Shown here one piece after another: positions 1-9,145 of a stretch of 31,978 nt of DNA (the stretch's first letter is position 1; each line of letters opens with the position of its first letter). The DNA lies in sequence record MG589387.1. The stretch is one strand, 5' to 3'. The stretch is from Enterobacter phage phiT5282H. Both the position numbers and the translations under genes were made by a program. The notes below the pieces were generated by a model. It searched no databases. It saw only the letters and a program-made list of their open reading frames with translations, and was not told the origin of the DNA.

Positions 1-147
1 TTAGATGCATCGAGTGTTGGCGGAACAGGTGGCTTGAATCCTTCTCAGGGTGAAAAAATATTTTTTGATGCCTCTCGCATTGTTCCTGTGGCGTCTGAAA
101 ACAGGCCGCGCAACGTTGCATTTAACTACATCGTGAGGGCTGCATAA
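1..147 (+). CDS. H: tail fibre protein, C-terminal 48 codons (3' end of gene H; 5' part lies off the window start)
   Basis: Frame 1 is open from base 1 to TAA at 145-147. It ends 1 nt into the ATG of the tail-fibre assembly gene (TAATG overlap), as for P2 H/G. Confidence 0.65.
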   Translation, partial: LDASSVGGTGGLNPSQGEKIFFDASRIVPVASENRPRNVAFNYIVRAA

Positions 148-743
148 TGTCAGAGGCAAAATTAAACAGCAATTTTATTGCGATAGTGGCCGGTGATATT
201 ACCGTGTTTAATTACGATGGCGAAACGCGCGAGTATCTTTCCTCATCCGTTGAATACCTGGCCGTTGGGGTTGGAATTCCCGCTAACTCATGCACTGATG
301 CGCCGGGTGAAAGTAAAGAAGATTTCACTATTTGCCGGTCAGCGGATTTTACCGCCTGGGAATACGTAGCTGATCACCGTGGAGAAACGGTATATAGCAC
401 TGAAACAGGTGAAGCGGTGATTATTTCCGCCCCCGGTGATTACCCAGATGACACCACTACGCTTGCACCGCCAACGCCTTACGACACATGGAACGGCAGC
501 GAGTGGGTGACGGATACGAAAGCGCAGCACGCAGCGGATGTGGAAGCGGCGGAGCAACAGAAGGCTGCGTTACTTGCAGAGGCACAAACAACGATCAGCC
601 TATGGCAGACCGAACTACAGTTAGGCATTATCAGCGATGAAGACAAAGCCAGCTTGATAGCATGGATGAAATACATCAAAGCTGTGCAGGCTGTTGATAC
701 GTCGAAAGCGCCGGACATTACCTGGCCGGATAAGCCAGAATAA
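147..743 (+). CDS. G: tail fibre assembly protein (P2 gpG / Tfa family)
   Basis: 198-aa ORF immediately after the tail-fibre stop. Size and N-terminal sequence are typical of Tfa chaperones. Confidence 0.8.
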   Translation: MSEAKLNSNFIAIVAGDITVFNYDGETREYLSSSVEYLAVGVGIPANSCTDAPGESKEDFTICRSADFTAWEYVADHRGETVYSTETGEAVIISAPGDYPDDTTTLAPPTPYDTWNGSEWVTDTKAQHAADVEAAEQQKAALLAEAQTTISLWQTELQLGIISDEDKASLIAWMKYIKAVQAVDTSKAPDITWPDKPE

Positions 744-860
744 GTCTGCATTCCGGCACGCACTGCCAGTTTTAACTGTGCTGGCCATGTGTATCGAGTA
801 TGATCATTTTTAACGGTGCTGCAGCACGGTCAGTTATGGCGGTGTGTTACGGAAGATGAA

Positions 861-885
861 GCGGGCAAATGCCCGCTTTAGTTTT
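861..885 (+). terminator. rho-independent terminator after G (gcgggc-aaat-gcccgc followed by TTTAGTTTT)
   Basis: Perfect 6-bp GC stem with 4-nt loop and T-rich tail, seen directly. It lies in the convergent G/U gap. Confidence 0.55.
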
Positions 886-897
886 ATATGGATACCG

Positions 898-1386
898 TCA
901 GAACAGGCCAGACAGCGTACTGCTGGCGGAGTTGTAGGCGGACGTGGCTTTATCCTTCAAACCTGAAAGCAGGTCGCCAACGGACGACGCTTGCAGGCGT
1001 TCGCGTAGGTCTTCATCACAACGCTGAAAGCTGATTGAAAACTCAATTTTTTTCGCCTTCCCGTAGCGGTCAAATTCCGTATGCGTGGCCTGTAGCCCGG
1101 TCAGCACATACATACCGTAAATCTGCCCCGCACCGCTGATTAAAGGCCAGGGACGCCCGGTGTATGCCTGGGTTGCCAGAACGGTAAGAGATACGTCGCC
1201 GCCCGTAATTTCAGGGTAAAGCACCCCGTCAAGGTTGATCTGCGTCTCCCCCGCGCCGATGTACTGCCATTTTGCCGATCGGTTGATGCGATCATTCTTC
1301 ACATGGCGCCAGTTCAGCGAGTGGCGAAGTTGCTGGTAAGGCAGCGTCTTCAGTTCAAAAACGAACATCCCGTATATCATCATCAT
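898..1386 (-). CDS. U: tail protein U
   Basis: 162 aa. N-terminus MMMIYGMFVFELKTLPYQQL... resembles P2 gpU (MMMVLGLFVF.LKT.PYQ). Confidence 0.85.
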   Translation of the reverse strand: MMMIYGMFVFELKTLPYQQLRHSLNWRHVKNDRINRSAKWQYIGAGETQINLDGVLYPEITGGDVSLTVLATQAYTGRPWPLISGAGQIYGMYVLTGLQATHTEFDRYGKAKKIEFSISFQRCDEDLRERLQASSVGDLLSGLKDKATSAYNSASSTLSGLF

Positions 1387-1400
1387 AATGTTGCTTCCCC

Positions 1401-4400
1401 TTAATCTCTGTCTTTGAAGCTGCCGCGATTGAGCCGCGCAAGGCGGGCCATTTCGGCATTCACTGCGTCGGCGGCAATCCGGCCAATTTCGCGCGCGTCC
1501 TGCCGGTCAACGCCGTGAAGATGTACGTGGATTTCTCCCGTAAAGCCGCCAGTGGCAACCGGTATATTGCTGGAGCTGCGGCTGACTGGCAGAAGTTCAG
1601 CCTGTTTAACGGGAAGCGATGCCGCTACCACTGCGGGGCGTGCGCTTAACCCGTTGTTCCTGACTGTGCTGGCCAGCTGCGATTCCTTCCATTCCCCACG
1701 AACGGCCAGCGCACGAGGCAGGCTTTTAAACACGATATCGCCGGGGCCGATCTTCTTCGTGTTGTCGGCTGTCGTTTTGGTGTTGCTGTCGATACTCTGC
1801 AACCTGCGCATAGTGCCGTTATCGCCGGTTAGCGGTGATGTGGGTTGCGGTGCGCCAGGCGGAACGTTATTCACCTCAACTTTTTTCGGTGCAACCTTCG
1901 CGATATCTCCCTGAAGAAGGGCGACTTTGTCCTGAAGAACAGCCATGCGCTGTGCGTCTTCGATCTTCTTTCTGGCTTTTTCGGCCTCATCAGGCAGAAC
2001 ACCGAGCTTTTCAAGGATCCAGGCTAATGTATCCAGCAGCATTTTTGCGGGAGCCAGGACAAGCTGGAGCGCACCGCCCAGGACATTGCCGAACACCTCA
2101 CCGGCGCTGGCGCATTTATCCAGTGTTTCTTTGCTGGACTCCATCGGGGAAAGCAGAGATTTGAACCAGTTAAAGACCTGGCTAACAGCGCTGCTTATCG
2201 CATCAAAGATAGGGCTAAACTGCGCGAAGGTCTCACGTAACGGGGCCAGTCTTTCCATGATGCCGGTAAATACACCCGCAAAAAATGCTTTAAGAGGCTC
2301 CCAATAACGCCAGATAAGAACCCCGGCAGCAACAAACGCCGCTACTATCAGGCCAATCGGACTCAACAGCAGTGACAGCGCAGTACCCAGCATAGACACA
2401 GCAGTTGTGATAATGCTCCATATGGTCGTAAAACCCGTAAGGCGAAGTGCAAGCATTCCGAGGTTTTTGGTCAGTGCGCCCAGCGCGGCACCAGGCGCAA
2501 GAAATACCCCCATAAGTGCGCCACGCATAGCGGGTATGATGGTTGAAACTCCCCGCATTTTCCCTGCTAATGAGCCGAGAACTGGCCCCCATCCGCGCAC
2601 GCTTGCCATTGCCGGGCCGGAAGCCGTGCCGAGTGTTCGCAGAGCGGCAACCGTTCCGGTTATGCCTCTGCCCCCCGTCAGTATGGTAAAACCTAGCTGA
2701 AGTTTAGCCAGCGGCCCCATCAGCAGGCCGACCGCCAGCGATGTGCCACCAATGGCGGCGGTCAGTGCCAGAACACTACCACCGACAACCAGCAGAGATT
2801 GGGTGAGCTTCGGATTTTCCTTCGCCCACTGCGTCATATTCCCCACAACGTCACTCAGTCCCTGAGTCAGGGCGCGGAGCTGATTATCGACGAGATCGTT
2901 AATCTGGATGCGGAAGCCTTCCCAGGCGCTGTCCAGATTTTTGAGATCGCCATCAAGGTTATCCGCCATTATTTTGGCGGCCTTCTGCGCCTCACCTTTG
3001 GCGTTTTTCAGTGCTTCCAGCAACTTCTGGAGTTCCCCACTCCCGGCTGACATAACCAGTGCCTGCAATGACTTTGACGCCTCTTCACCGGCGATATCTT
3101 TAAAGAAAGAGAGCTTGTCGGTATCGCCGTACTTGCTGATCTTTTTATAGAGTTCAGTGAGAACCTCTTCAGCAGGGCGCATTTTCCCCGTGGCGTCAGC
3201 AACGTCTACGCCCAGTTCCTTGAGGGCGGTTTTTGCCCTGCCGGTTGGCGCGGCAAGGCGTGAAAACGCGGCCTGTAATCCTGTACCGGCGATACTACCG
3301 CGCAGGCCTACGTTCGCCATTACGCCGATCATGGCTGTTGTCTGTTCGACGCTGACGCCAAGACTGGAAAGACCTGTCCCGGCGTACTTCATCGCCTCAC
3401 CGATATTTTGCAGATCGGTGTTGGTGCGGGTGAACGCCCCCGTTAGTACGTCACTGACGCGATCCATTTCTTTGGGATCGAGACGGAACTGAGACAGAAT
3501 ATTTGAGCTGATATCGGCGCTTTCGCCTAAATCCATACCACCGGCCAGCGCCATATTGAGCACGCCGGGCAGTGCGGCCTGAATGGCCTGCGGAGTGAAA
3601 CCGGCCATAGCGAGAAACGCCTGCCCGCTGGCGGCGTCAGTCGTGGTGAACTGCGTTTCAGCGCCCAGCTTTTTGGCCTGTTCACGAAGTGCGGAAAAGT
3701 CAACGGAGCTTTTGTCTATACGGGTCAGCGCCTGCACGCGGGACATTTCCCGGTCAAACCCAACTGCGGGGGATAAGAAGCGTCCCGCTGCGTAACCGGC
3801 AGCAGTGGCCCCGGCAACGGCCATCGTGCCACCGCCGCGAAGTTTACCCGCTGTTTGCTGCATCTGGTCATAGCGCGCCCGTGCCTGTGTGACAGCGGCA
3901 AGCTGTCGCCGTTCCCGCTCCAGCGTCTGGTTGTACTGTTCGGTTCGACGTATCGCGCTCTGAATGGTGCGATCGCTGCCGACCAGCGAAACGCCGTGGC
4001 TGCGCAGCGCCTGTGAGGCAGCACGCAGCTTAACCATTTCCTGCGTGCGTGCAGAGTTAAGGCGCTCCAGCTTTGCGGCCAGCGCTGCCATATGTGCTTT
4101 TTGCTTGTCTGTAAGCTGTGTACCTTCCCGCTGCGCCTGATTCAGCCCTTCAAGCGTCCGGCTGGCTTCGTCAATTTTGCGGGAGGTCTTTTGCACGCTG
4201 TCGCGCAGACGGTTGAACGTGCGGGACTGGCTGTCCAGATCTTTAATGCTGGATTGCGTTTTTTTGAGGGATTCTGACAAACCGCCCGCGCTCTGGCGGG
4301 CGGCATTGACCGGGCGGGTAAGTTTATCGATCGCGCTGAACGCGACGCGGATATTAAGGCTTTTCACTGTCACTGGCTCCACTTCGGACAGCCGCCCGCT

Positions 4401-4403
4401 CAC
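1401..4403 (-). CDS. T: tail tape measure protein T
   Basis: 1000-aa ORF, Ala/Gly-rich with coiled-coil N-terminal half and hydrophobic glycine-rich central region. It sits between E/E' and U. Confidence 0.9.
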   Translation of the reverse strand: MSGRLSEVEPVTVKSLNIRVAFSAIDKLTRPVNAARQSAGGLSESLKKTQSSIKDLDSQSRTFNRLRDSVQKTSRKIDEASRTLEGLNQAQREGTQLTDKQKAHMAALAAKLERLNSARTQEMVKLRAASQALRSHGVSLVGSDRTIQSAIRRTEQYNQTLERERRQLAAVTQARARYDQMQQTAGKLRGGGTMAVAGATAAGYAAGRFLSPAVGFDREMSRVQALTRIDKSSVDFSALREQAKKLGAETQFTTTDAASGQAFLAMAGFTPQAIQAALPGVLNMALAGGMDLGESADISSNILSQFRLDPKEMDRVSDVLTGAFTRTNTDLQNIGEAMKYAGTGLSSLGVSVEQTTAMIGVMANVGLRGSIAGTGLQAAFSRLAAPTGRAKTALKELGVDVADATGKMRPAEEVLTELYKKISKYGDTDKLSFFKDIAGEEASKSLQALVMSAGSGELQKLLEALKNAKGEAQKAAKIMADNLDGDLKNLDSAWEGFRIQINDLVDNQLRALTQGLSDVVGNMTQWAKENPKLTQSLLVVGGSVLALTAAIGGTSLAVGLLMGPLAKLQLGFTILTGGRGITGTVAALRTLGTASGPAMASVRGWGPVLGSLAGKMRGVSTIIPAMRGALMGVFLAPGAALGALTKNLGMLALRLTGFTTIWSIITTAVSMLGTALSLLLSPIGLIVAAFVAAGVLIWRYWEPLKAFFAGVFTGIMERLAPLRETFAQFSPIFDAISSAVSQVFNWFKSLLSPMESSKETLDKCASAGEVFGNVLGGALQLVLAPAKMLLDTLAWILEKLGVLPDEAEKARKKIEDAQRMAVLQDKVALLQGDIAKVAPKKVEVNNVPPGAPQPTSPLTGDNGTMRRLQSIDSNTKTTADNTKKIGPGDIVFKSLPRALAVRGEWKESQLASTVRNNGLSARPAVVAASLPVKQAELLPVSRSSSNIPVATGGFTGEIHVHLHGVDRQDAREIGRIAADAVNAEMARLARLNRGSFKDRD

Positions 4404-4572
4404 GCCAGGCTATGACTTCGCCCAGTTCCATCGTGAAGACTTCAGAGGGCGGCCAGTTGAAAACAACCGCGATATCAGCGACCAGATCGTCGATCAGGTC
4501 GAACCGCAGGAGTGTTACTGATTCTCCGTCTCCGCCTCGTTCGATGCTCCAGACCCCGCAGGTGTCAAAAAA
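4354..4572 (-). CDS. E': E' extension of tail chaperone E+E', reached by -1 programmed frameshift; overlaps the start of T
   Basis: Minus-strand slippery heptamer T-TTT-TTG (plus 4566-4572) with zero-frame codons CCT TTT TTG (residues P-F-L 87-89 of E). The -1 frame stays open about 71 codons to TAA at 4356-4354, crossing the T start codon, as in P2. Confidence 0.6.
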   Translation of the reverse strand, partial: FFDTCGVWSIERGGDGESVTLLRFDLIDDLVADIAVVFNWPPSEVFTMELGEVIAWRERAAVRSGASDSEKP

Positions 4573-4832
4573 GGGACGAGCGCTTCTGACAGGCTGACGA
4601 AATCGCGGGTATCCATTTCATTGATTTCGATCTGTTTGAGGCGCGGTGACGTGACGCGGGTCAGCAGTACCGCCACCGAATCCACATCCATATTCATCAC
4701 GTTAACCAGCTTCAGCCCGCGCAGGGAGCCAGCCTGTTTGATCTCATCCGTGATCGTTACCTGAGTAATTTTCTCATCGCCGCGAACAACGGGTTTTACC
4801 AGCGTAATGGCGTTATCGTTTTTTTTGCTCAT
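4515..4832 (-). CDS. E: tail assembly chaperone E
   Basis: 105-aa ORF between FII and T. It contains the slippery site near its 3' end. Confidence 0.85.
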   Translation of the reverse strand: MSKKNDNAITLVKPVVRGDEKITQVTITDEIKQAGSLRGLKLVNVMNMDVDSVAVLLTRVTSPRLKQIEINEMDTRDFVSLSEALVPFLTPAGSGASNEAETENQ

Positions 4833-4880
4833 TGTTTAATACTCCGGGCGGCACGGCTGTACCGCCACTTATCAGATTAA

Positions 4881-5396
4881 TCAGTTACCCATTCCCAGCG
4901 CAGATGTAATGCGGTCAGGGTAGATATTCTTGCCGTCTTTCTTGTAGATGAAGTTCAGCAGGTCAAACTCAAACATCGGCTTGTCGTCGATGGTGAGCCT
5001 GTAATAGGTGTTCTTCATCGTGTAGCTGACGGAGGTGTCTTCTCCCTGCTTGCTTTCGCCGCCGTCCATTTCGGTGATGCGGCCGCGCAGTTCGACCTCA
5101 ACCAGCAGGCTTTCTCCATCGGTGTAATATTCACCGGCGAAGCGGAAGCGGGTTTCGTCGATATCGCCGCAGTAATTCAGCAGTAACGACTGAACCAGAC
5201 CGCCAACCACCATCGTGGTATCCAGTGCGCCACTGTCCAGACCGAGATCCACCGCAGCGGAGCCAATCATCCCGCCGCCCTGAAAGTCTTCAGTCTTGCG
5301 GGTCAGTTTTGGCAGCGTCACGGAAGAGACTTTGCCGATGCAGTTGCTGCCGTTCACAAAGCAGGTGAACAGGCGCAGTTTGTGAGGAACCGCCAT
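4881..5396 (-). CDS. FII: major tail tube protein FII
   Basis: 171 aa, directly downstream of the sheath gene. Tube-like sequence. Confidence 0.9.
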   Translation of the reverse strand: MAVPHKLRLFTCFVNGSNCIGKVSSVTLPKLTRKTEDFQGGGMIGSAAVDLGLDSGALDTTMVVGGLVQSLLLNYCGDIDETRFRFAGEYYTDGESLLVEVELRGRITEMDGGESKQGEDTSVSYTMKNTYYRLTIDDKPMFEFDLLNFIYKKDGKNIYPDRITSALGMGN

Positions 5397-6578
5397 TTAT
5401 GCACCTCCCAGGGAAGAAAACGCCGATTCGAAATACTCGTCCGTGAAGGTCTGGTAGAGCGTCAGATCTTCCATAGGCGGAACCGGTGTGTATTTATAGC
5501 GAATGCGTACCTGACCCTGACGGAGACCGGTTGTCGGGTTATCCAGGATATCAAACCAGCATTCAGCACCAATTAGCCGCCCCTGCGTCACCAGCGAATT
5601 GAGTTTGCCGCTGATGCCGCTGACCACGTCCTTAACGTTGGCAGGGGTCAGCGGTTCGTCCACTGATTCAAATTGCGCCTCAGCGATACTGTCAGCCAGA
5701 ATCTGTGCCGTTCGGGTATAAACCTCAAAGATATAATCTTTGGTGTCTGTAACGCGGTTGCCCCAGAACCGGAAACCGTTACGCTTGATGAGCGTCGTGA
5801 TCTCCTTGTTGTTCAGTTCGTTCGCGTCGCTGTCTTCGGCCTGAAGCGACCAGAAAACATCCTGTGAAATACCCAGCACGTTGCTTACCGACACATTGGA
5901 AAGCGATTTGTGCCAGCCCTGATTGTTGTCAATCAGAGCGCGAAGGCCGCAGGCATAGGCCGGGGCAGGGAAGGTTTCGTTTTCTCCTGTCTGCGGGTTG
6001 TATGCGATGAAATCAGGCCAGATAAGCATTAGCTCGCGATAGGCGAAGGTCGCACGATATGCGGTGGCTTCAGCCATCGTTTTGCATCCATAGCAACTGG
6101 CGTAAACAAACGCGCGCAGGTTTTGTGCAATGACGCACAGCGCGGAGGTCACTTCTTCCGTGTCGTAGCCCGGCACAGCCAGAATGCGCGGACGATAGCC
6201 GACCTTCTGCTCGGCAGTCAGAAACGCGTACATGCCGGTATAGCTGCCGTCTTCTGCCGTGCCACCCATGATGAGCTGCGACTGCGTTTTACTGCCTTCC
6301 TCTTCCGTGGCTGCTGCCACGCGCACAACGATAACCTTCGGACTGGTCTGGTCAGCGATGGCTTTGAGTGTTTTGTACAGGGAGCCGGTTTTACCCGCCT
6401 TACCCAGCACGTTGTTAACCCGCGTCAGCAACACGGGGGTATTCAGGGGAAAGGTTTCCGCGTCGGCATCATCCGCCACGGCAACGACCCCAATGACACT
6501 AGATTCAATGTCATTGATGGCCGTCACCAGGTCGGTATTCTCCCGGACGCGTACACCGTGGAAACGTGTCTCTGACAT
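5397..6578 (-). CDS. FI: tail sheath protein FI
   Basis: Start MSETRFHGVRV..., comparable to P2 FI MSDYHHGVQV. GGTGG RBS lies 8 nt upstream. The annotated ORF extends to 6623, but the internal ATG at 6578 is preferred. Confidence 0.85.
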   Translation of the reverse strand: MSETRFHGVRVRENTDLVTAINDIESSVIGVVAVADDADAETFPLNTPVLLTRVNNVLGKAGKTGSLYKTLKAIADQTSPKVIVVRVAAATEEEGSKTQSQLIMGGTAEDGSYTGMYAFLTAEQKVGYRPRILAVPGYDTEEVTSALCVIAQNLRAFVYASCYGCKTMAEATAYRATFAYRELMLIWPDFIAYNPQTGENETFPAPAYACGLRALIDNNQGWHKSLSNVSVSNVLGISQDVFWSLQAEDSDANELNNKEITTLIKRNGFRFWGNRVTDTKDYIFEVYTRTAQILADSIAEAQFESVDEPLTPANVKDVVSGISGKLNSLVTQGRLIGAECWFDILDNPTTGLRQGQVRIRYKYTPVPPMEDLTLYQTFTDEYFESAFSSLGGA

Positions 6579-6648
6579 GTTAGCCACCATTACGTTATTG
6601 AGTTCGCAGTGATAATCCCTCATGTCTGAACGCTACTCACGCTATTGC

Positions 6649-6678
6649 GGGTCTGGCCGGACGGCGACAACAAAAACC
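6649..6678. promoter_or_regulatory. putative Ogr-type late promoter activator element (GGTCTGGCC-N6-CGACAACAAAAACC; contains TCT-N12-ACA dyad) between divergent FI and D
   Basis: Near-identical element also at 22351-22379 between divergent P and O. It is centred about 55 bp from plausible start sites on both sides. Confidence 0.45.
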
Positions 6679-6731
6679 GATTTGGTCTCTCCCGCGCGCG
6701 TGGGATCCTTCGCCGGAAGAAGGGGGAAAGC

Positions 6732-7868
6732 ATGGCACTTACAGACCTGACTAAATCACTTAACGACGCCGGCAGCAGTTATAACGATTCACTGACCGAG
6801 GCAGTAAAAAGTCCGGGATTCAGCATTACGATGGGTGGCAAGGTACTGACGCAGCTTGATGATCGGATCATGTCGTTGTCACTGACGGACAATCGGGGTT
6901 TTGATGCCGATCAGCTGTCAATATCCATTGATGACAGTGATGGCATGGTTGCACTGCCGCCGCGTGGTGCTGAGCTTGCCGTATCATTTGGCTGGCTGGG
7001 TGAACCGCTGATTTACAAGGGGCTGTACACGGTTGACGAGGTTTCCCACGAAGGCCCGGCAGATACCATTGGCGTTACTGCCCGCAGCGCTGATTTTCGT
7101 GAAGAATTCAACGTAAAGCGCGAAGTCTCATGGCATGACGTGACCGTTGAGCGCGTTGTGTCGGCAATAGCGCACCGATACGGACTGAAGGCGCAGATCA
7201 GTGAAATGCTCATGGATATTGAGATTGATCACGCCGACCAGACGCAGGAAAGCGATATGTCTTTCCTTACCCGCATGGCGGAAATGCTGGGTGCAATTGC
7301 CACCGTCAAGAACGGCAGTCTGCTGTTTATTCTGCCGGGTGGTGGTTTGACCGCTGACGGAAAGGCGCTACCTTCTGCCAGCATTGACCGCACCAGTGGC
7401 GACCGGCACCGCTTTCGTATTGCCGATCGGGATGCGTATACCGGCGTCAGGGCTTACTGGCTGGATCTCAATTTCGGTAAAAAGAAAAAGGTCAGCGTTA
7501 AGCGCCGTAAGTCTGTAAAGCCCAAAAAAGAGAAGAGCAGCAGCCGTGAGGGCGATTACATGGAGGGCGCAGACGGTAACGTCTATGTGCTGCGCAAAAC
7601 CTACCAGAATGAAGAGGCGGCTAAACGTGCGGCGGCGGCAAAGTGGCAGCAGCTTCAGCGTGGCGCGGCAGAGTTTTCGATCACCCTGGCGCGTGGCCGC
7701 GCTGAGCTTTACCCGGAAATGCACGTGACGGTTAGCGGTTTTAAGGATGAAATAGATAATCAGGACTGGATCATTGCGCGTGCTGAGCACGTCATAGACG
7801 ACAGCGGTTTTACCACCCGGCTGGAGCTGGAAGCAAAAATACCTGACTGGATAGCGGAAACTGAATAA
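6732..7868 (+). CDS. D: tail protein D (late control gene D family)
   Basis: Start MALTDLTKSL with AAGGGGGAAAG RBS. About 378 aa, followed directly by ogr as in P2. Confidence 0.9.
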   Translation: MALTDLTKSLNDAGSSYNDSLTEAVKSPGFSITMGGKVLTQLDDRIMSLSLTDNRGFDADQLSISIDDSDGMVALPPRGAELAVSFGWLGEPLIYKGLYTVDEVSHEGPADTIGVTARSADFREEFNVKREVSWHDVTVERVVSAIAHRYGLKAQISEMLMDIEIDHADQTQESDMSFLTRMAEMLGAIATVKNGSLLFILPGGGLTADGKALPSASIDRTSGDRHRFRIADRDAYTGVRAYWLDLNFGKKKKVSVKRRKSVKPKKEKSSSREGDYMEGADGNVYVLRKTYQNEEAAKRAAAAKWQQLQRGAAEFSITLARGRAELYPEMHVTVSGFKDEIDNQDWIIARAEHVIDDSGFTTRLELEAKIPDWIAETE

Positions 7869-7907
7869 AATGAAATGGAGTTCAACTCCCACAGGGGAGC
7901 CATCATT

Positions 7908-8156
7908 ATGTTCAGATGTCCATTCTGCGGCGCTATGGCCCGCACCCGTACCAGCCGTAAAATAACCGATATGACAATCCGTCAATATCACCAGTGTCAG
8001 AATCTGGAATGTAGCCGGTCATTCACCACGCTTAACAGCGTGGAAAGGGAAGTAACAAAACGCGCAGGTACAGCGCCGTTACCGCCTGACTTTATCCCCC
8101 GCGATGCCTTCCCGGCGTCTCACTATGGAAAGGATCAGCTAAATCTAGCCCTCTAA
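7908..8156 (+). CDS. ogr: Ogr/Delta-family zinc-finger late transcription activator
   Basis: MFRCPFCGAMARTRTSRKITDMTIRQYHQCQNLECSRSF matches the P2 Ogr C-X2-C...C-X4-C motif (MFHCPLCQHAAHARTSRYITDTT..YHQCQNVNCS). Confidence 0.85.
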   Translation: MFRCPFCGAMARTRTSRKITDMTIRQYHQCQNLECSRSFTTLNSVEREVTKRAGTAPLPPDFIPRDAFPASHYGKDQLNLAL

Positions 8157-8195
8157 CGCTACGCCAAATGACGGGGCCAAGGAGATGGTCGCCCC

Positions 8196-8229
8196 ACCCT
8201 GTGAGCGGTACGCTGGCAGGGTGTTTTCT
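8196..8229 (+). terminator. rho-independent terminator after ogr (accctg...cagggt, then GTTTTCT)
   Basis: Stem with an extended internal AGCG/CGCT pairing and a T-rich tail, seen in sequence. Confidence 0.5.
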
Positions 8230-8268
8230 ATTAATTCAATGTCTAATCGAAAAATTAGTAAGATATTA

Positions 8269-9066
8269 TTATAAGGATGAGCTTTTGATTTTTTTTGAAG
8301 GATCCATCATATATGTGGTTATAGTATTATCCTGATCTACTTCTACTATCCTAAATCCATGATAATCAGTTCCCCAACTTCCACCAAAGTGACCATCAAA
8401 TACAAATGGGATATCATTTTTTATTAACACTTCGTCATGGTCATGGTCGTGACCATTGAATACAGCTTTAACATTTTTGTATTCTGATAGTAGAGAAAGG
8501 AGTTGATCGCATTCAACGGCAAAGTGAGTTTGCGCTACAGGATTAATATGCATAAATATAAATACATTTTCTTTTGCTTTGTGCTCTCTTAGTTTGTTAG
8601 TTAGCCAAGAGAGATCGGGACAAAGATACGTGCCAGCTAAATCTGACGTAGACATGATTAAAAAGGCATTTCTATCAATCGTGAAATCAAAGTCCATAGG
8701 ATAGCCCCATATATTCACCCATTCTTCTGGAGTGGCGGGGTCATGATTTCCTTTACTTACAAAATATTTCATTGAAAGCAAATCTAACTGTTTTTTTGCG
8801 GGTTGAAAGTATTTTTTATCATCATGCACAATATCGCCATTAATGACGCAAAAATCGACGTTATTGTTTTTGCTAAATTCATTAACCGCGCTAACAAAAA
8901 CGCTGTAGTTTTTCTTATAATCAGTGATTTTTTCACCATAATGACCATCTGACGCGATAGCAAATCGAAGTTTTTTATCGCTGTTAGCTTTGTTAGCGCC
9001 ACCAAAGAAATCGCAACCAGATAAAGCAACTCCTGCTGATAGAATTAAAAAATCACGCCTATTCAT
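8269..9066 (-). CDS. Tat-signal lipoprotein, calcineurin-like metallophosphoesterase (moron/cargo gene)
   Basis: Start MNRRDFLILSAGVALSGCDF carries an RRxFL twin-arginine motif and an LSGC lipobox. GAGGTGG RBS is upstream. Phosphoesterase motifs DGHYG, GDIVHDD, GNHD, GHDHDHD are present. The region is conspicuously AT-rich compared with flanking phage genes. Confidence 0.8.
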   Translation of the reverse strand: MNRRDFLILSAGVALSGCDFFGGANKANSDKKLRFAIASDGHYGEKITDYKKNYSVFVSAVNEFSKNNNVDFCVINGDIVHDDKKYFQPAKKQLDLLSMKYFVSKGNHDPATPEEWVNIWGYPMDFDFTIDRNAFLIMSTSDLAGTYLCPDLSWLTNKLREHKAKENVFIFMHINPVAQTHFAVECDQLLSLLSEYKNVKAVFNGHDHDHDEVLIKNDIPFVFDGHFGGSWGTDYHGFRIVEVDQDNTITTYMMDPSKKIKSSSL

Positions 9067-9145
9067 ATTGTTAGCCACCTCATTAGCAAAAATTGCGGAT
9101 ATTGTAGCAAACATAAGCGTTTTTGTTACGTTTTCAGCCAAAAGC

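Noticed and set aside
1552-4277. Multiple 60-120-aa plus-strand ORFs inside the tape-measure gene
   Set aside because: They are antisense or alternative-frame to a well-supported 1000-aa CDS in GC-rich DNA. They have no RBS and no recognisable domains.
7869-7907. GGAGTTCAACTCC palindrome between D and ogr
   Set aside because: 6-bp stem with a 1-nt loop cannot form a stable hairpin. It is probably incidental.
7368-7991. 207-aa minus-strand ORF across D/ogr
   Set aside because: Antisense to D and ogr.
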